DNA from: a virus
Taxonomy: Duplodnaviria; Caudoviricetes
Direction: 5' to 3' (one strand)
Virus record (IMG/VR): IMGVR_UViG_3300032216_000356
Location: 1-53,071 of that record
DNA length: 53,071 nucleotides
A model generated the notes under the pieces. It was not told where the DNA came from. It did no database searches and saw nothing but the letters and a program-made list of their open reading frames with translations. The translations under genes were made by a program, and so were the position numbers. How positions within the stretch are numbered: position 1 is the first letter of the stretch; each line of letters opens with the position of its first letter. Below are positions 11,501 through 20,237 of the stretch, one piece after another.

Positions 11501-14500
11501 TGAATATCATAAACCATCTACTACAGAAGTAGTAAAGAAAACCTTTGTTGGAGAACCTGCTAGAGATAAGCTTATTACTAAGTTCCAAAATAATAGATAT
11601 GCAATTAAGAAATGGCAAAAAGATTTACAGAAGGCTGGACTCATTTCATTTGCTGGTGATGGTTTTACTAACATCAATGACCACATTACTTTAGCATTTG
11701 GTGAGGCTAACTTTAGACAAAAAGAATATTTAGATCCTCATATCCAAGCTTTACAAGGCGCATTAAACGATTTTGCTAAGAGTACTAATATGTCTATTGG
11801 AGAGGCACTAGGTACATTACATGCATATTCTGAAGCTCTACATGAACCTGAACGTCGTCATATTAAATTTTTAAAGCATGTACCATTAAGCACTAAAAAA
11901 AATATTAAAGTTGGTAATAAAGTATATAGCGCAGCAGATGAACGAGCAGCTATTTTAGAGGCGATATCATCCAACGAAGATTTGTCCGATACTGACGTTA
12001 CTTCAATGCGTAACTATTTAGAATGGTTAGTTAGTAACTATAAAGATGCAGCTGGTCAAGGTTCTTATACAGGACCTAATGCTTTAATTGAGCAAAGCGC
12101 GGACTATAACGTAGCTGGTGGATTAAACTCTCAAGATGTTGCAGCTATGCTAGATGAATATAATAATGATCCATATAAAGAACAAGTTGATAATATTCTT
12201 AACTTATTAAAACCTATTCAAGATGCCTCTATTGAATTAAATAAACAAGGCAACTATTGGGGTAATGGCGCTAATAATATTAAAAGATTCTATAATTGGG
12301 AACACTATGTACCATTAAAAGGTCGTCCTAATAGCAAGATGCCTAATAATATTGATGGATTAGAGTTACAAGATAAGCGATTAAGTAATGAACTTAAAGA
12401 CGGTGTTATGCCTATGGAAGGCCGTACAACAGATGCAACTAATCCAATTGTCCAAGTTATGATAGATAGCGCATTATCTGCTGCTCGTGCTGGCCGTGCG
12501 GGATTAACTCAATCAATTAAAAATGCTATAGATAAAAAACTATTAGATGGTAAAGTAGTAGCTCATTATACTTCTCAAGAAATATATAAGGGCCTAGATG
12601 AAAAAGGCGAGCAGTTAATGAAGCAACGTAGCAACATTTTACATTACAACAAAGATGGTTCTTTAGATATTCTTCATATTGCAGACCCTCATATCTTAGA
12701 ATCTATACGTCGTACATATCAAACAGGACATCCTGTATTAGATTTAGTTAATTCATTTACAAGTGGATTAGGCCAGTTACATACTCGATACAATCCTAGT
12801 TTCCCTATACTAAACTTTGTACGTGATACTTTAACCAATGCATTTGTTATGGCGGTAGATATAAATCCTATGGAAGCATTTAAATATCTTGGCGCTGTAA
12901 GTTCAACAGTTGTGAATGGTGGATTATTTAAAGCAAATAAAGTAGCTAGGCTTTATGGTAAAGGTGATATTGCGTCCTTACGTACTATGGCAAAATCAGA
13001 TAAATACGTCCAAGATATGCTTGAATTCATAGAGCATGGAGGCCTTGTTTCTGTTGTAGAAGGGCTATCGGTTAAGGCGCAGTTAAATAGGCTTTATAAA
13101 GAACTTAATAAAAGTAAAGTAGCTATGCTAAAAGAACAAATTGATCCTATATTTGATGCTTGGACTTATACTTTTGAATTGGCTGCAAGAGCGGGCGCGT
13201 ACCATGTCGTTAAATCAAATGCATTAGCAAACGGTAAATCTATGGAAGAAGCAATACAAATGGCTACTGTTTATGCTAAACAACTTGCTAACTTTGAAGA
13301 AGTAGGTGAATGGGGTAAAGGTTTAGGCGCTATGTTTATGTTCTTCCGTCCATCTGCTACAGGCGCTGTTCGTGCATTTGAATCTATCGGTCCTATGTTA
13401 CGTAGTTGGGAATCAGTAAAAGCAAATCTACCAGATACGATTACTAAAAATCCTGAGGCATTGGCTAAGTATGAAGAAAATTGGAGAAAACAAAGCCGTG
13501 CAGCTACAGGTGTAACGATGGCTTTAATGGGCGCAGGTGTTACTATTTATATGATGTCTGCTGGTTTATCAGGCGATGACGATGATGACCGCAATAAAAT
13601 GCTCAACGATGACTTATCACGTTGGACTCGATTTGCACGATTCGATATTGGTACAGGTGATAATGGTGAAGAACGAGTAATTCAAATACCATGGGGTTTT
13701 GGTATGGGTGCTTTTGCTGCAGCAGGTGCTCAGATAGCGGGCGCTACAATGTCTCCATCTAATAGCATGGCTAGTGCACTAGGTAATTTAATTAATATTG
13801 GTCTAGATTCATTCTTGCCTTTACCTATATCTAGAATTAACCCTACAGATAATTTTCCAGCATTTGCTATGGATTCTCTTACACCATCAGCTGTTAGACC
13901 GTTCCTTGAATATACGATGAATAAGAATTCGTTTGGACAAGAAATTTATAATAATAGAAAATCTAGATATGGTGATGCATATACTGGCGGAGATAATGTT
14001 CCTGATATGTATAAAGATGCTTCTCGTATGTTATTTAATGCTACAGATGGCGGAATTGATTGGACTCCAAATACAATGTATTTCTTTGCTAATAACTATA
14101 TAGATGGTGTTACTCGTTTAGCACAAGATGGATATGGACTTGGTTTAACAGTAACAGGACAAAAGAGTTTTGACCCTAAAAAAGATTTAGTTATATTAGA
14201 TAGTTTCTTAAGTAATAAATCAAATGTTGATGCTAGAGAGTTTGCTAAGACAGAACAAAAGGTTACTGAGATAGAAAAAATTCTTAATACATTTAAGTCT
14301 TCTGACCCAGAAAGATATGTTGATTATATGATTGATCACCCATATGATGCAGCGATGGTAGAGGTTTATAATAAATTAACTTCTGGGGACCTTAAAAAAC
14401 TAAGAGAACAAGCAAATGTAATTAGAAGATTCCCTGATCTTACACCGAAAGAACGTGCTGACTTCTTAGAAGAAAATAAACGTATGCAGAATATGATTAA

Positions 14501-14549
14501 AGCAAATATTGTAGATACAGTTAATATGTATAAAGAAATGGAAGACTAA
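8529..14549 (+). CDS. Large polyvalent (ejected) protein with zincin metallopeptidase domain and LPD38-like C-terminus
   Basis: 2006 aa. N-terminal Gly/Ala hydrophobic helices, central ITHETLH (about 11016) plus EFVAEAF zincin motif, and a C-terminal region with FNFVRD-like and IPWGFG motifs. Confidence 0.7.
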   Translation: MARYKVTGPDGKQYLINGPAGASKEQILGVLQEKLSTPIEEPKQTTTDVAPDATLGEDLKDLGISATQGILGLKEGVTGIADIPTFGMAGKGVAAAEKAIFGGTSQEAKEKLQQLKSAEAQQQEKEIAETKGFVPTAKAYLQRPGALAGVITESVPSMLGGAGIARGVIAGTAKKVAPLIAGAIGEGAITSGSIAESVRQKSEDGLLSPGQVGAATLAGVFTGGLGVFGGKVAQKLGIADIDTLLAGGASEAQKKGILKAAIEGVLSEGVLEELPQSLQEQAMQNLAEGRPWSEGISEAGASGMLAGMFMGGPASALAQIKTNKQIALDNFKPPVKTEEEEKKPATILTKEEPSGQESLASTILKRAKVNVEGAIDEQLKSRKSRKGIPISGGSTDGAAGITETDDGAGLVSSGINTQSTQAGAGTQPSTLTPEQLATDINKSGLEFKNPAQLRKYITSKATKVGLAQLELDNKGLVKDLFDQYKEQLKEKPLAERVLNLENQQELDQQQLDNLHPYLKTISPYAKEAPLNKENGIKSAAIEDAFDTIDTANIKAVKQALVNLARDKTTQALADRKANIDKLMQEQRITRTKATEIVGPAEDYTYSSLRPTEFMSKDELNVLIKENEGTRKLNNDRAAEAKAREDFINTLTEDERASLEQQKYDAINRELESNRQQVINEQLLKKQETQKKQVAAEVEEQTQEVAAKPIADVMPLTETEGQILGKGERIVNKAVNSALSNNKPFLDVLKDIAGGEFNKYFSYQTVADMLQQKISVLSKPKGMGVKGTQLPTIKYGTVEKGKPGKFDPATNTITIDPNNAKNLDMGRVITHETLHYMLDHIIDNPKNLSEGQKNSLKRLKELHKQVKDKLGNQFDIPNLKEFVAEAFTNSEFQKALASLRPAPGSKLYRTAADIVWKISKAIVGALGLRLNTVKPVILEETIDMVSSIITDKAYTLPTATMIGKKVSYAPKQAGQPKAVVDPKQRKKDLTVHEYHKPSTTEVVKKTFVGEPARDKLITKFQNNRYAIKKWQKDLQKAGLISFAGDGFTNINDHITLAFGEANFRQKEYLDPHIQALQGALNDFAKSTNMSIGEALGTLHAYSEALHEPERRHIKFLKHVPLSTKKNIKVGNKVYSAADERAAILEAISSNEDLSDTDVTSMRNYLEWLVSNYKDAAGQGSYTGPNALIEQSADYNVAGGLNSQDVAAMLDEYNNDPYKEQVDNILNLLKPIQDASIELNKQGNYWGNGANNIKRFYNWEHYVPLKGRPNSKMPNNIDGLELQDKRLSNELKDGVMPMEGRTTDATNPIVQVMIDSALSAARAGRAGLTQSIKNAIDKKLLDGKVVAHYTSQEIYKGLDEKGEQLMKQRSNILHYNKDGSLDILHIADPHILESIRRTYQTGHPVLDLVNSFTSGLGQLHTRYNPSFPILNFVRDTLTNAFVMAVDINPMEAFKYLGAVSSTVVNGGLFKANKVARLYGKGDIASLRTMAKSDKYVQDMLEFIEHGGLVSVVEGLSVKAQLNRLYKELNKSKVAMLKEQIDPIFDAWTYTFELAARAGAYHVVKSNALANGKSMEEAIQMATVYAKQLANFEEVGEWGKGLGAMFMFFRPSATGAVRAFESIGPMLRSWESVKANLPDTITKNPEALAKYEENWRKQSRAATGVTMALMGAGVTIYMMSAGLSGDDDDDRNKMLNDDLSRWTRFARFDIGTGDNGEERVIQIPWGFGMGAFAAAGAQIAGATMSPSNSMASALGNLINIGLDSFLPLPISRINPTDNFPAFAMDSLTPSAVRPFLEYTMNKNSFGQEIYNNRKSRYGDAYTGGDNVPDMYKDASRMLFNATDGGIDWTPNTMYFFANNYIDGVTRLAQDGYGLGLTVTGQKSFDPKKDLVILDSFLSNKSNVDAREFAKTEQKVTEIEKILNTFKSSDPERYVDYMIDHPYDAAMVEVYNKLTSGDLKKLREQANVIRRFPDLTPKERADFLEENKRMQNMIKANIVDTVNMYKEMED

Positions 14550-14764
14550 GCTATAAGCCAAACTCTAACACCTAAGTGGTTTTCTTTAGTAGTAATATAA
14601 GCTCTAACTTTTACTTTAGCCCTCTTAGCTCCGCGCTCTACTGCATATAACATCTCAGCAGTATTAAGTGTAGGAATAAAAAAGCTTTCTCCGATTCGCA
14701 TATAATCAAAGGGAAATAACCATTCAGGTTCACGTAGCTGACTCAACTTCCATACCTTTCGCAC
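14546..14764 (-). CDS. Small conserved phage protein (possible DNA-binding)
   Basis: FPFDYMRIGESFFIP...GVRVW pattern. Last gene of the minus block, overlapping the convergent gene. Confidence 0.55.
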   Translation of the reverse strand: MRKVWKLSQLREPEWLFPFDYMRIGESFFIPTLNTAEMLYAVERGAKRAKVKVRAYITTKENHLGVRVWLIA

Positions 14765-17699
14765 CTAAAATTCTATCTACAAATTCTTTTCGTTTAAATC
14801 CGTAGCATCGTACATTATATTCATCGCTTCCTGTATATTTCCATCCTGCAGTCATACGAATACGTTTTTCAAATAACTCAATACCTGTATCTTTAATACC
14901 GTTTTTAAACTCCATTATGTTTGCATTTTTATCTGTGACTAAATATCCATTAAATACACTACGTGAAATGTAGATAGTACCATTGTCCTCAATTCTAATA
15001 ACTAATGGGGCTTTTGGTTCTTCATACATCTTACCGCCTTTAACTACTAAAGTACCCGCATGATTTTTAATTAGGAACTCAGATAATAAGTTCTCATAGT
15101 CCATTGTATTAACTTGAATAATATTTTGTTTAATATTTTTAATTTCCTTAACAATCTTTTGATAAATTCTTTCTACTCCAAAGTCATCTAGGATTTGATA
15201 CTGATTACATATGTCTCCAGCGCCCATAGAAAAAGTAATTAAATTATGATAGAACCTATCTGCTGGATCAAAACCAATATCATCAATAAATCTATCTAAC
15301 CACTTTTGAAATATAGGTCCATACTTCTGATCTTCATCATTAAAGTCTCTAATAATATTACCTTTAGCTTCCATATCATATAAAGATTTAATAAACATAG
15401 ATCCTGCATGACCAAAGTTATGTTTCATAGTTTCAAATATTTGCCTACCTAAAGATTCATCATCTCTAATGGCTTCTGGTTGAGTAATCATAAATTCAAT
15501 AAGACGCGCAACTTCACCATTAGGATCAGCTTTAGCTGCAGCTAGCTTGTCATAAATAGACCTATTAGAAGTCATAACTGCAATCATGTTAGCTGAAGCT
15601 TCATAAGCACGTTCAGCATTGAAAGAACCTTCCGCTCTAATTTTAGCTTTACCTGACGATAATGCATGAATCGTATTAGATAAATCGTCTGCTGTCATAT
15701 TTGTAATTTCGTCTAGAGCTAAAGGTAGGTTATGTAAAGCATTAAGTCTAGACTTTAATCCATTGAATGTAGTATTTTGTTTACCAGTATGAATATGTAA
15801 TGCCTCAGGATCTCCCCACATACTTAATGCAGAATATAGCGCACCTGTCTTAGCCGCACCAGCTTTACCTGTTAAACATATTGTGCCGCCAGCTGTTGAA
15901 GAATAAGCCATAAGTGGAGAAGCAAACCCAGCTAACATAAAGAAAGCATGTAGTTCCATACCTGGCAGATTAAGTTTATTAGCTGCTTTTTTCCAATTAT
16001 CAAATGAACCTTTCTCAAACAATAAAGGCCCCACAACTCGCGTAGGTACCGATACTGGGACATTAAGTACCTCTCCCGTTCTAAGATATTCTTTATCGCC
16101 TAATACAAAGGATGTATGGTCTTTATCTGTCCAGCCCATTTGAGTACGCATAATATCGTCTCTACCTTTGTTTTCTAAGTACTGACCCCATTTAGTTATA
16201 TAGTCCATAAAATGTAATACGTTCCCTCTGTTAATAATTACTGATTTACTTGCTAATATATCCATCATCTTATCTGGCGAGTATGCACACTTGATTGGAA
16301 ATAAAAATTCTCTGGCAGCATTATGTTTATACTCTACTCTAATTAATAAACAATCGCCATCAACATCATTTCTAAGTTTCTTTAATGCCCATACATTCTG
16401 CTCACATATTTGAATTGGGTTACTATCAATTAATTGTTTTGTTGCTTTATCATATTCAGGAGGCATCTCTTTAAATATACCCCCATTAGGTCCAGCAAAA
16501 AAAGGTAACAAAGATGGAGGTAAACTAAATGAAGTTGTTGTAGTTACTGTAGTTACTGTTTGTTCTACTGCACTGAATATAGCTTCATTGTTTACTTCAG
16601 TAATAGGAATAATAGGTGTTTCTCGTAGCTTACGAGCGAAGATAAGAGGATTAGTAATTGCGCCTTTCTTAGGACATCCTTGGCAACCTTCTGAATTAGC
16701 ATTTTCAAATGAAGTACATGGATGAACACCACCAAATGTAGCTGCCTTTAAGATGGTAGCTTCACGATTATAATTCTTTGCTTTTTCTGATATGGTATGA
16801 ATAGCTGTTTCAGAATCTATACATCGACTAGCTACGGTTAACCCTGCTGTCCATAAGTCATAAGATACATCGTCAGGATTCTCATATAAATGTTTAATCT
16901 GATTACACCCAACACCTTTTATACTTAAATCTAATAGCTTTTCAAAACTAGATTCCCAATTACTAGCACCTTGCGCTTCACGTTCTTCTTGAGTCATGCC
17001 TTTTTTAGCAGCTTTTAAAACAGCTTCAAGAGACAAATCTTTAGGGCTTACACTATCTAAAAATTCTTTGAACTCATCAAATACATAGACAGGTAATGCG
17101 TCGCTTAATACTTTTGTTTCTGCTGGTGGATTAGCTTTCCAGTTTGTGCAATTAGGTGTTCGTGTAATTCGTGCCGCATCTGCTGTAACTTGAGCATCAA
17201 TCTTTAGTCCATTATCTAAACAATATTTTTTAAATACTTCAGCATAAAGTTTCCATTCTTCAATAGGAATATCTTTATCAAAAGCCCACCATGCCCACAT
17301 ACCTCGACCTGAATCAAGCTTAATGGGTGGCGGTAAATTAAATTCTATTATGAAAGAATCAAGTGCGGTTTCAGCTTCCTCTTTAGTTAAATATTTCTTA
17401 TCATTTTTTTCATCATCAGGTATATCTTCTTGAGGATCTACATCTAAGTCTACAAAAAATGATCTAGAATATATCGCATCATCCTTAGCTCTTTTGTATC
17501 CCTTAAACGTACTATGTGTAACATAAATACTTGTACCTTCAGGTTTTAATTCATTAATTTTAGGCTCAATGTCATTAATAGATTCGACATAATAATGCCT
17601 TGTTCTTGCATCTTCATTAGGCTCAATGGTGGCTATACAATATACACCTTGTGAGGGAAGTACCTTCCTATAAAATTCTGTTATACCAATCATATACAA
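14730..17699 (-). CDS. Primase-helicase (AEP/RepB-like primase + PriCT-like + DUF927-type helicase)
   Basis: FFVDLD and DSGRG AEP-like motifs, Cys cluster CTSF..CQGC, Walker A GKAGAAKT, Walker B LALDE, and the MGW..FVLG signature. Confidence 0.78.
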   Translation of the reverse strand: MYMIGITEFYRKVLPSQGVYCIATIEPNEDARTRHYYVESINDIEPKINELKPEGTSIYVTHSTFKGYKRAKDDAIYSRSFFVDLDVDPQEDIPDDEKNDKKYLTKEEAETALDSFIIEFNLPPPIKLDSGRGMWAWWAFDKDIPIEEWKLYAEVFKKYCLDNGLKIDAQVTADAARITRTPNCTNWKANPPAETKVLSDALPVYVFDEFKEFLDSVSPKDLSLEAVLKAAKKGMTQEEREAQGASNWESSFEKLLDLSIKGVGCNQIKHLYENPDDVSYDLWTAGLTVASRCIDSETAIHTISEKAKNYNREATILKAATFGGVHPCTSFENANSEGCQGCPKKGAITNPLIFARKLRETPIIPITEVNNEAIFSAVEQTVTTVTTTTSFSLPPSLLPFFAGPNGGIFKEMPPEYDKATKQLIDSNPIQICEQNVWALKKLRNDVDGDCLLIRVEYKHNAAREFLFPIKCAYSPDKMMDILASKSVIINRGNVLHFMDYITKWGQYLENKGRDDIMRTQMGWTDKDHTSFVLGDKEYLRTGEVLNVPVSVPTRVVGPLLFEKGSFDNWKKAANKLNLPGMELHAFFMLAGFASPLMAYSSTAGGTICLTGKAGAAKTGALYSALSMWGDPEALHIHTGKQNTTFNGLKSRLNALHNLPLALDEITNMTADDLSNTIHALSSGKAKIRAEGSFNAERAYEASANMIAVMTSNRSIYDKLAAAKADPNGEVARLIEFMITQPEAIRDDESLGRQIFETMKHNFGHAGSMFIKSLYDMEAKGNIIRDFNDEDQKYGPIFQKWLDRFIDDIGFDPADRFYHNLITFSMGAGDICNQYQILDDFGVERIYQKIVKEIKNIKQNIIQVNTMDYENLLSEFLIKNHAGTLVVKGGKMYEEPKAPLVIRIEDNGTIYISRSVFNGYLVTDKNANIMEFKNGIKDTGIELFEKRIRMTAGWKYTGSDEYNVRCYGFKRKEFVDRILGAKGMEVESAT

Positions 17700-17783
17700 T
17701 GCTTTCTATTTTTAGAGACAACACTGCCCCATCACACTTAATGTGTGTTTTTAAAATTATTACCGCGAAACTTTATTTTACTA

Positions 17784-18086
17784 CTAAATATCTACAGAGT
17801 CTAAATATTGCTGAGCTATAGAAAGAGTAGGTGCAGGTAACTTCCCACTATCAAACCCTTTAGTAACTTCTTCAATAAATTTATTAACTCGTATCTTATT
17901 TTTATTTCTTATATATTGACCCCTGAACCAACTATGTATCGTGTACCGTGATACGCTTAACTTACGTGCAACATATAGCGTAGGTAGGTTTGCTTTGACA
18001 CATAGTTTAGCCAACTGAACCCCAAGGTTATTAGGGTTCAAAGTCTGTAGGTTCGCTAAAAAATCTTGACTATAGGGTCTTGCCAT
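17784..18086 (-). CDS. HTH DNA-binding protein
   Basis: VARKLSVSRYTIHSWFRG helix-turn-helix pattern. Confidence 0.7.
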   Translation of the reverse strand: MARPYSQDFLANLQTLNPNNLGVQLAKLCVKANLPTLYVARKLSVSRYTIHSWFRGQYIRNKNKIRVNKFIEEVTKGFDSGKLPAPTLSIAQQYLDSVDI

Positions 18087-18994
18087 TAACTTTTAACCGA
18101 CCATTTCTTCATCACTTCGCTAGCATTATTTACTGGCTGAGGTGCTGCTTGGTTTGAAGGACGTAGTACAGGTTCAGATGCATCTACATCAGATGTAGGG
18201 TCTGATACTGTTGCTGTTACTGGAGTACTTGTTGCTGTTACTACAGCTTCGGCTGTACCTTCATCATTTTGAAATACAGTTAATTTAACGGCTGACTCAG
18301 CTGCTGCTGATTTACCTTGTCGTTGTAATACTTCCAATATACTTGCATCAACTGCCGCGGCTGGAGAGAACAATAACTTAGGTGTTGAGGCCTTAGCATC
18401 AAATTGCATCTTAGTTACTACTCGACCTGCGCTTACATTGTTGTTAGCTAATAATTGAACGTATGGTCTGAATGGATATTTACCGCCTTCTTCTTTACCA
18501 AAACATGATGTCGCAGGTAAAACTAATTGCATAACATCACCAGCTGGATCAGAAGGTAATACAACGGCCATTCTCCATGATAGACGACATGCTGTACCCG
18601 TACCGTTAGCACCTGAATTTTTAGCGCTAAACTGACATGTATCGCATGACTTAGACTGTGGTGTTTTAACATCAACATCAGGAATACGGCTATCACTTGA
18701 CCAACATGTCGGGCTAATTTTCTCGCCTTCTTTATATGATTGTGCATAGAACGTTCTTGAAGCTGTGTGAGCCATCTTAACGATGATTACATCCATAAAA
18801 TTATTTTCAGCAACACTAACTTCTTTGCCGCCAACTACTTTACGGAATGCTTTACCACGAATTGAAATACGTTTGTTACCTTGATTGATAGCACCCCCAG
18901 CAACGGCTAGTGTATCTTCATCTAACCCTGTCTGAATTAATGTGCCACTATTTTGTAATATTACTGATAATTCACTACTCATTTTATTCTCCAC
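18086..18994 (-). CDS. Putative ssDNA-binding/annealing protein
   Basis: RISIRG, CWS..CDTC..GTAC motifs and a low-complexity tail, located in the replication module. Confidence 0.55.
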   Translation of the reverse strand: MENKMSSELSVILQNSGTLIQTGLDEDTLAVAGGAINQGNKRISIRGKAFRKVVGGKEVSVAENNFMDVIIVKMAHTASRTFYAQSYKEGEKISPTCWSSDSRIPDVDVKTPQSKSCDTCQFSAKNSGANGTGTACRLSWRMAVVLPSDPAGDVMQLVLPATSCFGKEEGGKYPFRPYVQLLANNNVSAGRVVTKMQFDAKASTPKLLFSPAAAVDASILEVLQRQGKSAAAESAVKLTVFQNDEGTAEAVVTATSTPVTATVSDPTSDVDASEPVLRPSNQAAPQPVNNASEVMKKWSVKS

Positions 18995-19404
18995 TAATTT
19001 GACTTAATTGTCGGTTTGCGTACTGTTATTGCGAATTCTCGCAAAGTGCTGATGCCAGGGGGCAGGCCGTCATCTTGACGTGTCGTCATAAATTCTTTGA
19101 AATTGGTCTGGCTAATACGTTGTTGCAAGAGATCGAGTGCGTTGTTTTCCACAACGAATTGCTTAAAGTTATCCCAGTCGCCACAAGTATAAGTTTCTTT
19201 CAAAGACTTTATAATAGTCCCACTCCCTGTACGTATGCTATCAGCATTTATTTCATTGCAGGCTACTAACATTGCCTGTTCCAATTGGTCTAAGTCCGTT
19301 TTTAATTCAGAGTCCTTAGTTTCCCACTGGTTCTTCAGTGTATTCCTTTCATTTCTAATTGTCAAGTATGTTGTAACTAAATCATCTAACTTCATGTCGC
19401 TCAT
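18994..19404 (-). CDS. Conserved phage replication-module protein
   Basis: Coiled-coil N-terminus with DWD..LLQQRI..PPG. RBS AAGGAG. Confidence 0.55.
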   Translation of the reverse strand: MSDMKLDDLVTTYLTIRNERNTLKNQWETKDSELKTDLDQLEQAMLVACNEINADSIRTGSGTIIKSLKETYTCGDWDNFKQFVVENNALDLLQQRISQTNFKEFMTTRQDDGLPPGISTLREFAITVRKPTIKSN

Positions 19405-19498
19405 TTATTTCTCCTTCGATATATGCGATTAATAAACTAACTAAAAATATTACTGCAATAAAACTTAAAAAACATATAACTACATACTCTTCACTCAT
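19382..19498 (-). CDS. Small single-TM membrane peptide (38 aa; not in ORF track)
   Basis: MSEEYVVICFLSFIAVIFLVSLLIAYIEGEINERHEVR with AAGGAG RBS, filling the gap between flanking genes. Confidence 0.5.
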   Translation of the reverse strand: MSEEYVVICFLSFIAVIFLVSLLIAYIEGEINERHEVR

Positions 19499-20237
19499 CT
19501 TTTCTCCTTAAAAATCCGAACGGGCATTTAGACTTCTTCTTAAAAAACTTACTTTTTATTATCTCTACATACTCTTTAGCCATTTCATAATTTCTTTCTA
19601 AAGTATTTCCTGGCATATATTTTTTAGTAGTTGCGCTAGCCCATGCAATTTTATTTATATCTTTATCTATCACTCTTGTAAGAACCACATTCTTATCTGT
19701 AACAAAACGTACATAATATAGAGGGTCACCACGTTTAATAACTATAGGTTTTTTATCATCTAATATTTCTACTGCAAATTCAACTACTCTTATCCATTTA
19801 GATATATCGTATGTACCCGTTATTAAATTTATATTATTTGACATTTTTGTTTTATGCATTGTTGCTTCTAGTTGTTCAAGCATTACGGGTTCATCACTAA
19901 AAAATACATAATGAAACTTAAGACTTAACATACTATAAGTACTATTTTGATCTAATCTAGCATCTACATTTTTATTAAAAAAATCTTGATCATATTCTTT
20001 TGTAGTTATAATTTTAGTCCCATTTATATTTTCTACTTTAATTGTTAAGTCAACAGGGCTTTTAATCAAAAAACAATTCTTATAATAGTCTTGGAATGCG
20101 GGGCACTTTAAATACTCAGCTCCTTTATCTCTTGATTTAATAATATCTTTAAGGACAGGTTCTGGAGCATAAAATCCTAGTTGTTTCCATTCTTCATCTT
20201 CTTCATAGACGCTATATTTAATTTCTATACTACTCAT
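19491..20237 (-). CDS. Hypothetical accessory protein
   Basis: 248 aa, AT-rich, with KCPAFQDY and a C-terminal SKCPF. Confidence 0.55.
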   Translation of the reverse strand: MSSIEIKYSVYEEDEEWKQLGFYAPEPVLKDIIKSRDKGAEYLKCPAFQDYYKNCFLIKSPVDLTIKVENINGTKIITTKEYDQDFFNKNVDARLDQNSTYSMLSLKFHYVFFSDEPVMLEQLEATMHKTKMSNNINLITGTYDISKWIRVVEFAVEILDDKKPIVIKRGDPLYYVRFVTDKNVVLTRVIDKDINKIAWASATTKKYMPGNTLERNYEMAKEYVEIIKSKFFKKKSKCPFGFLRRKDE

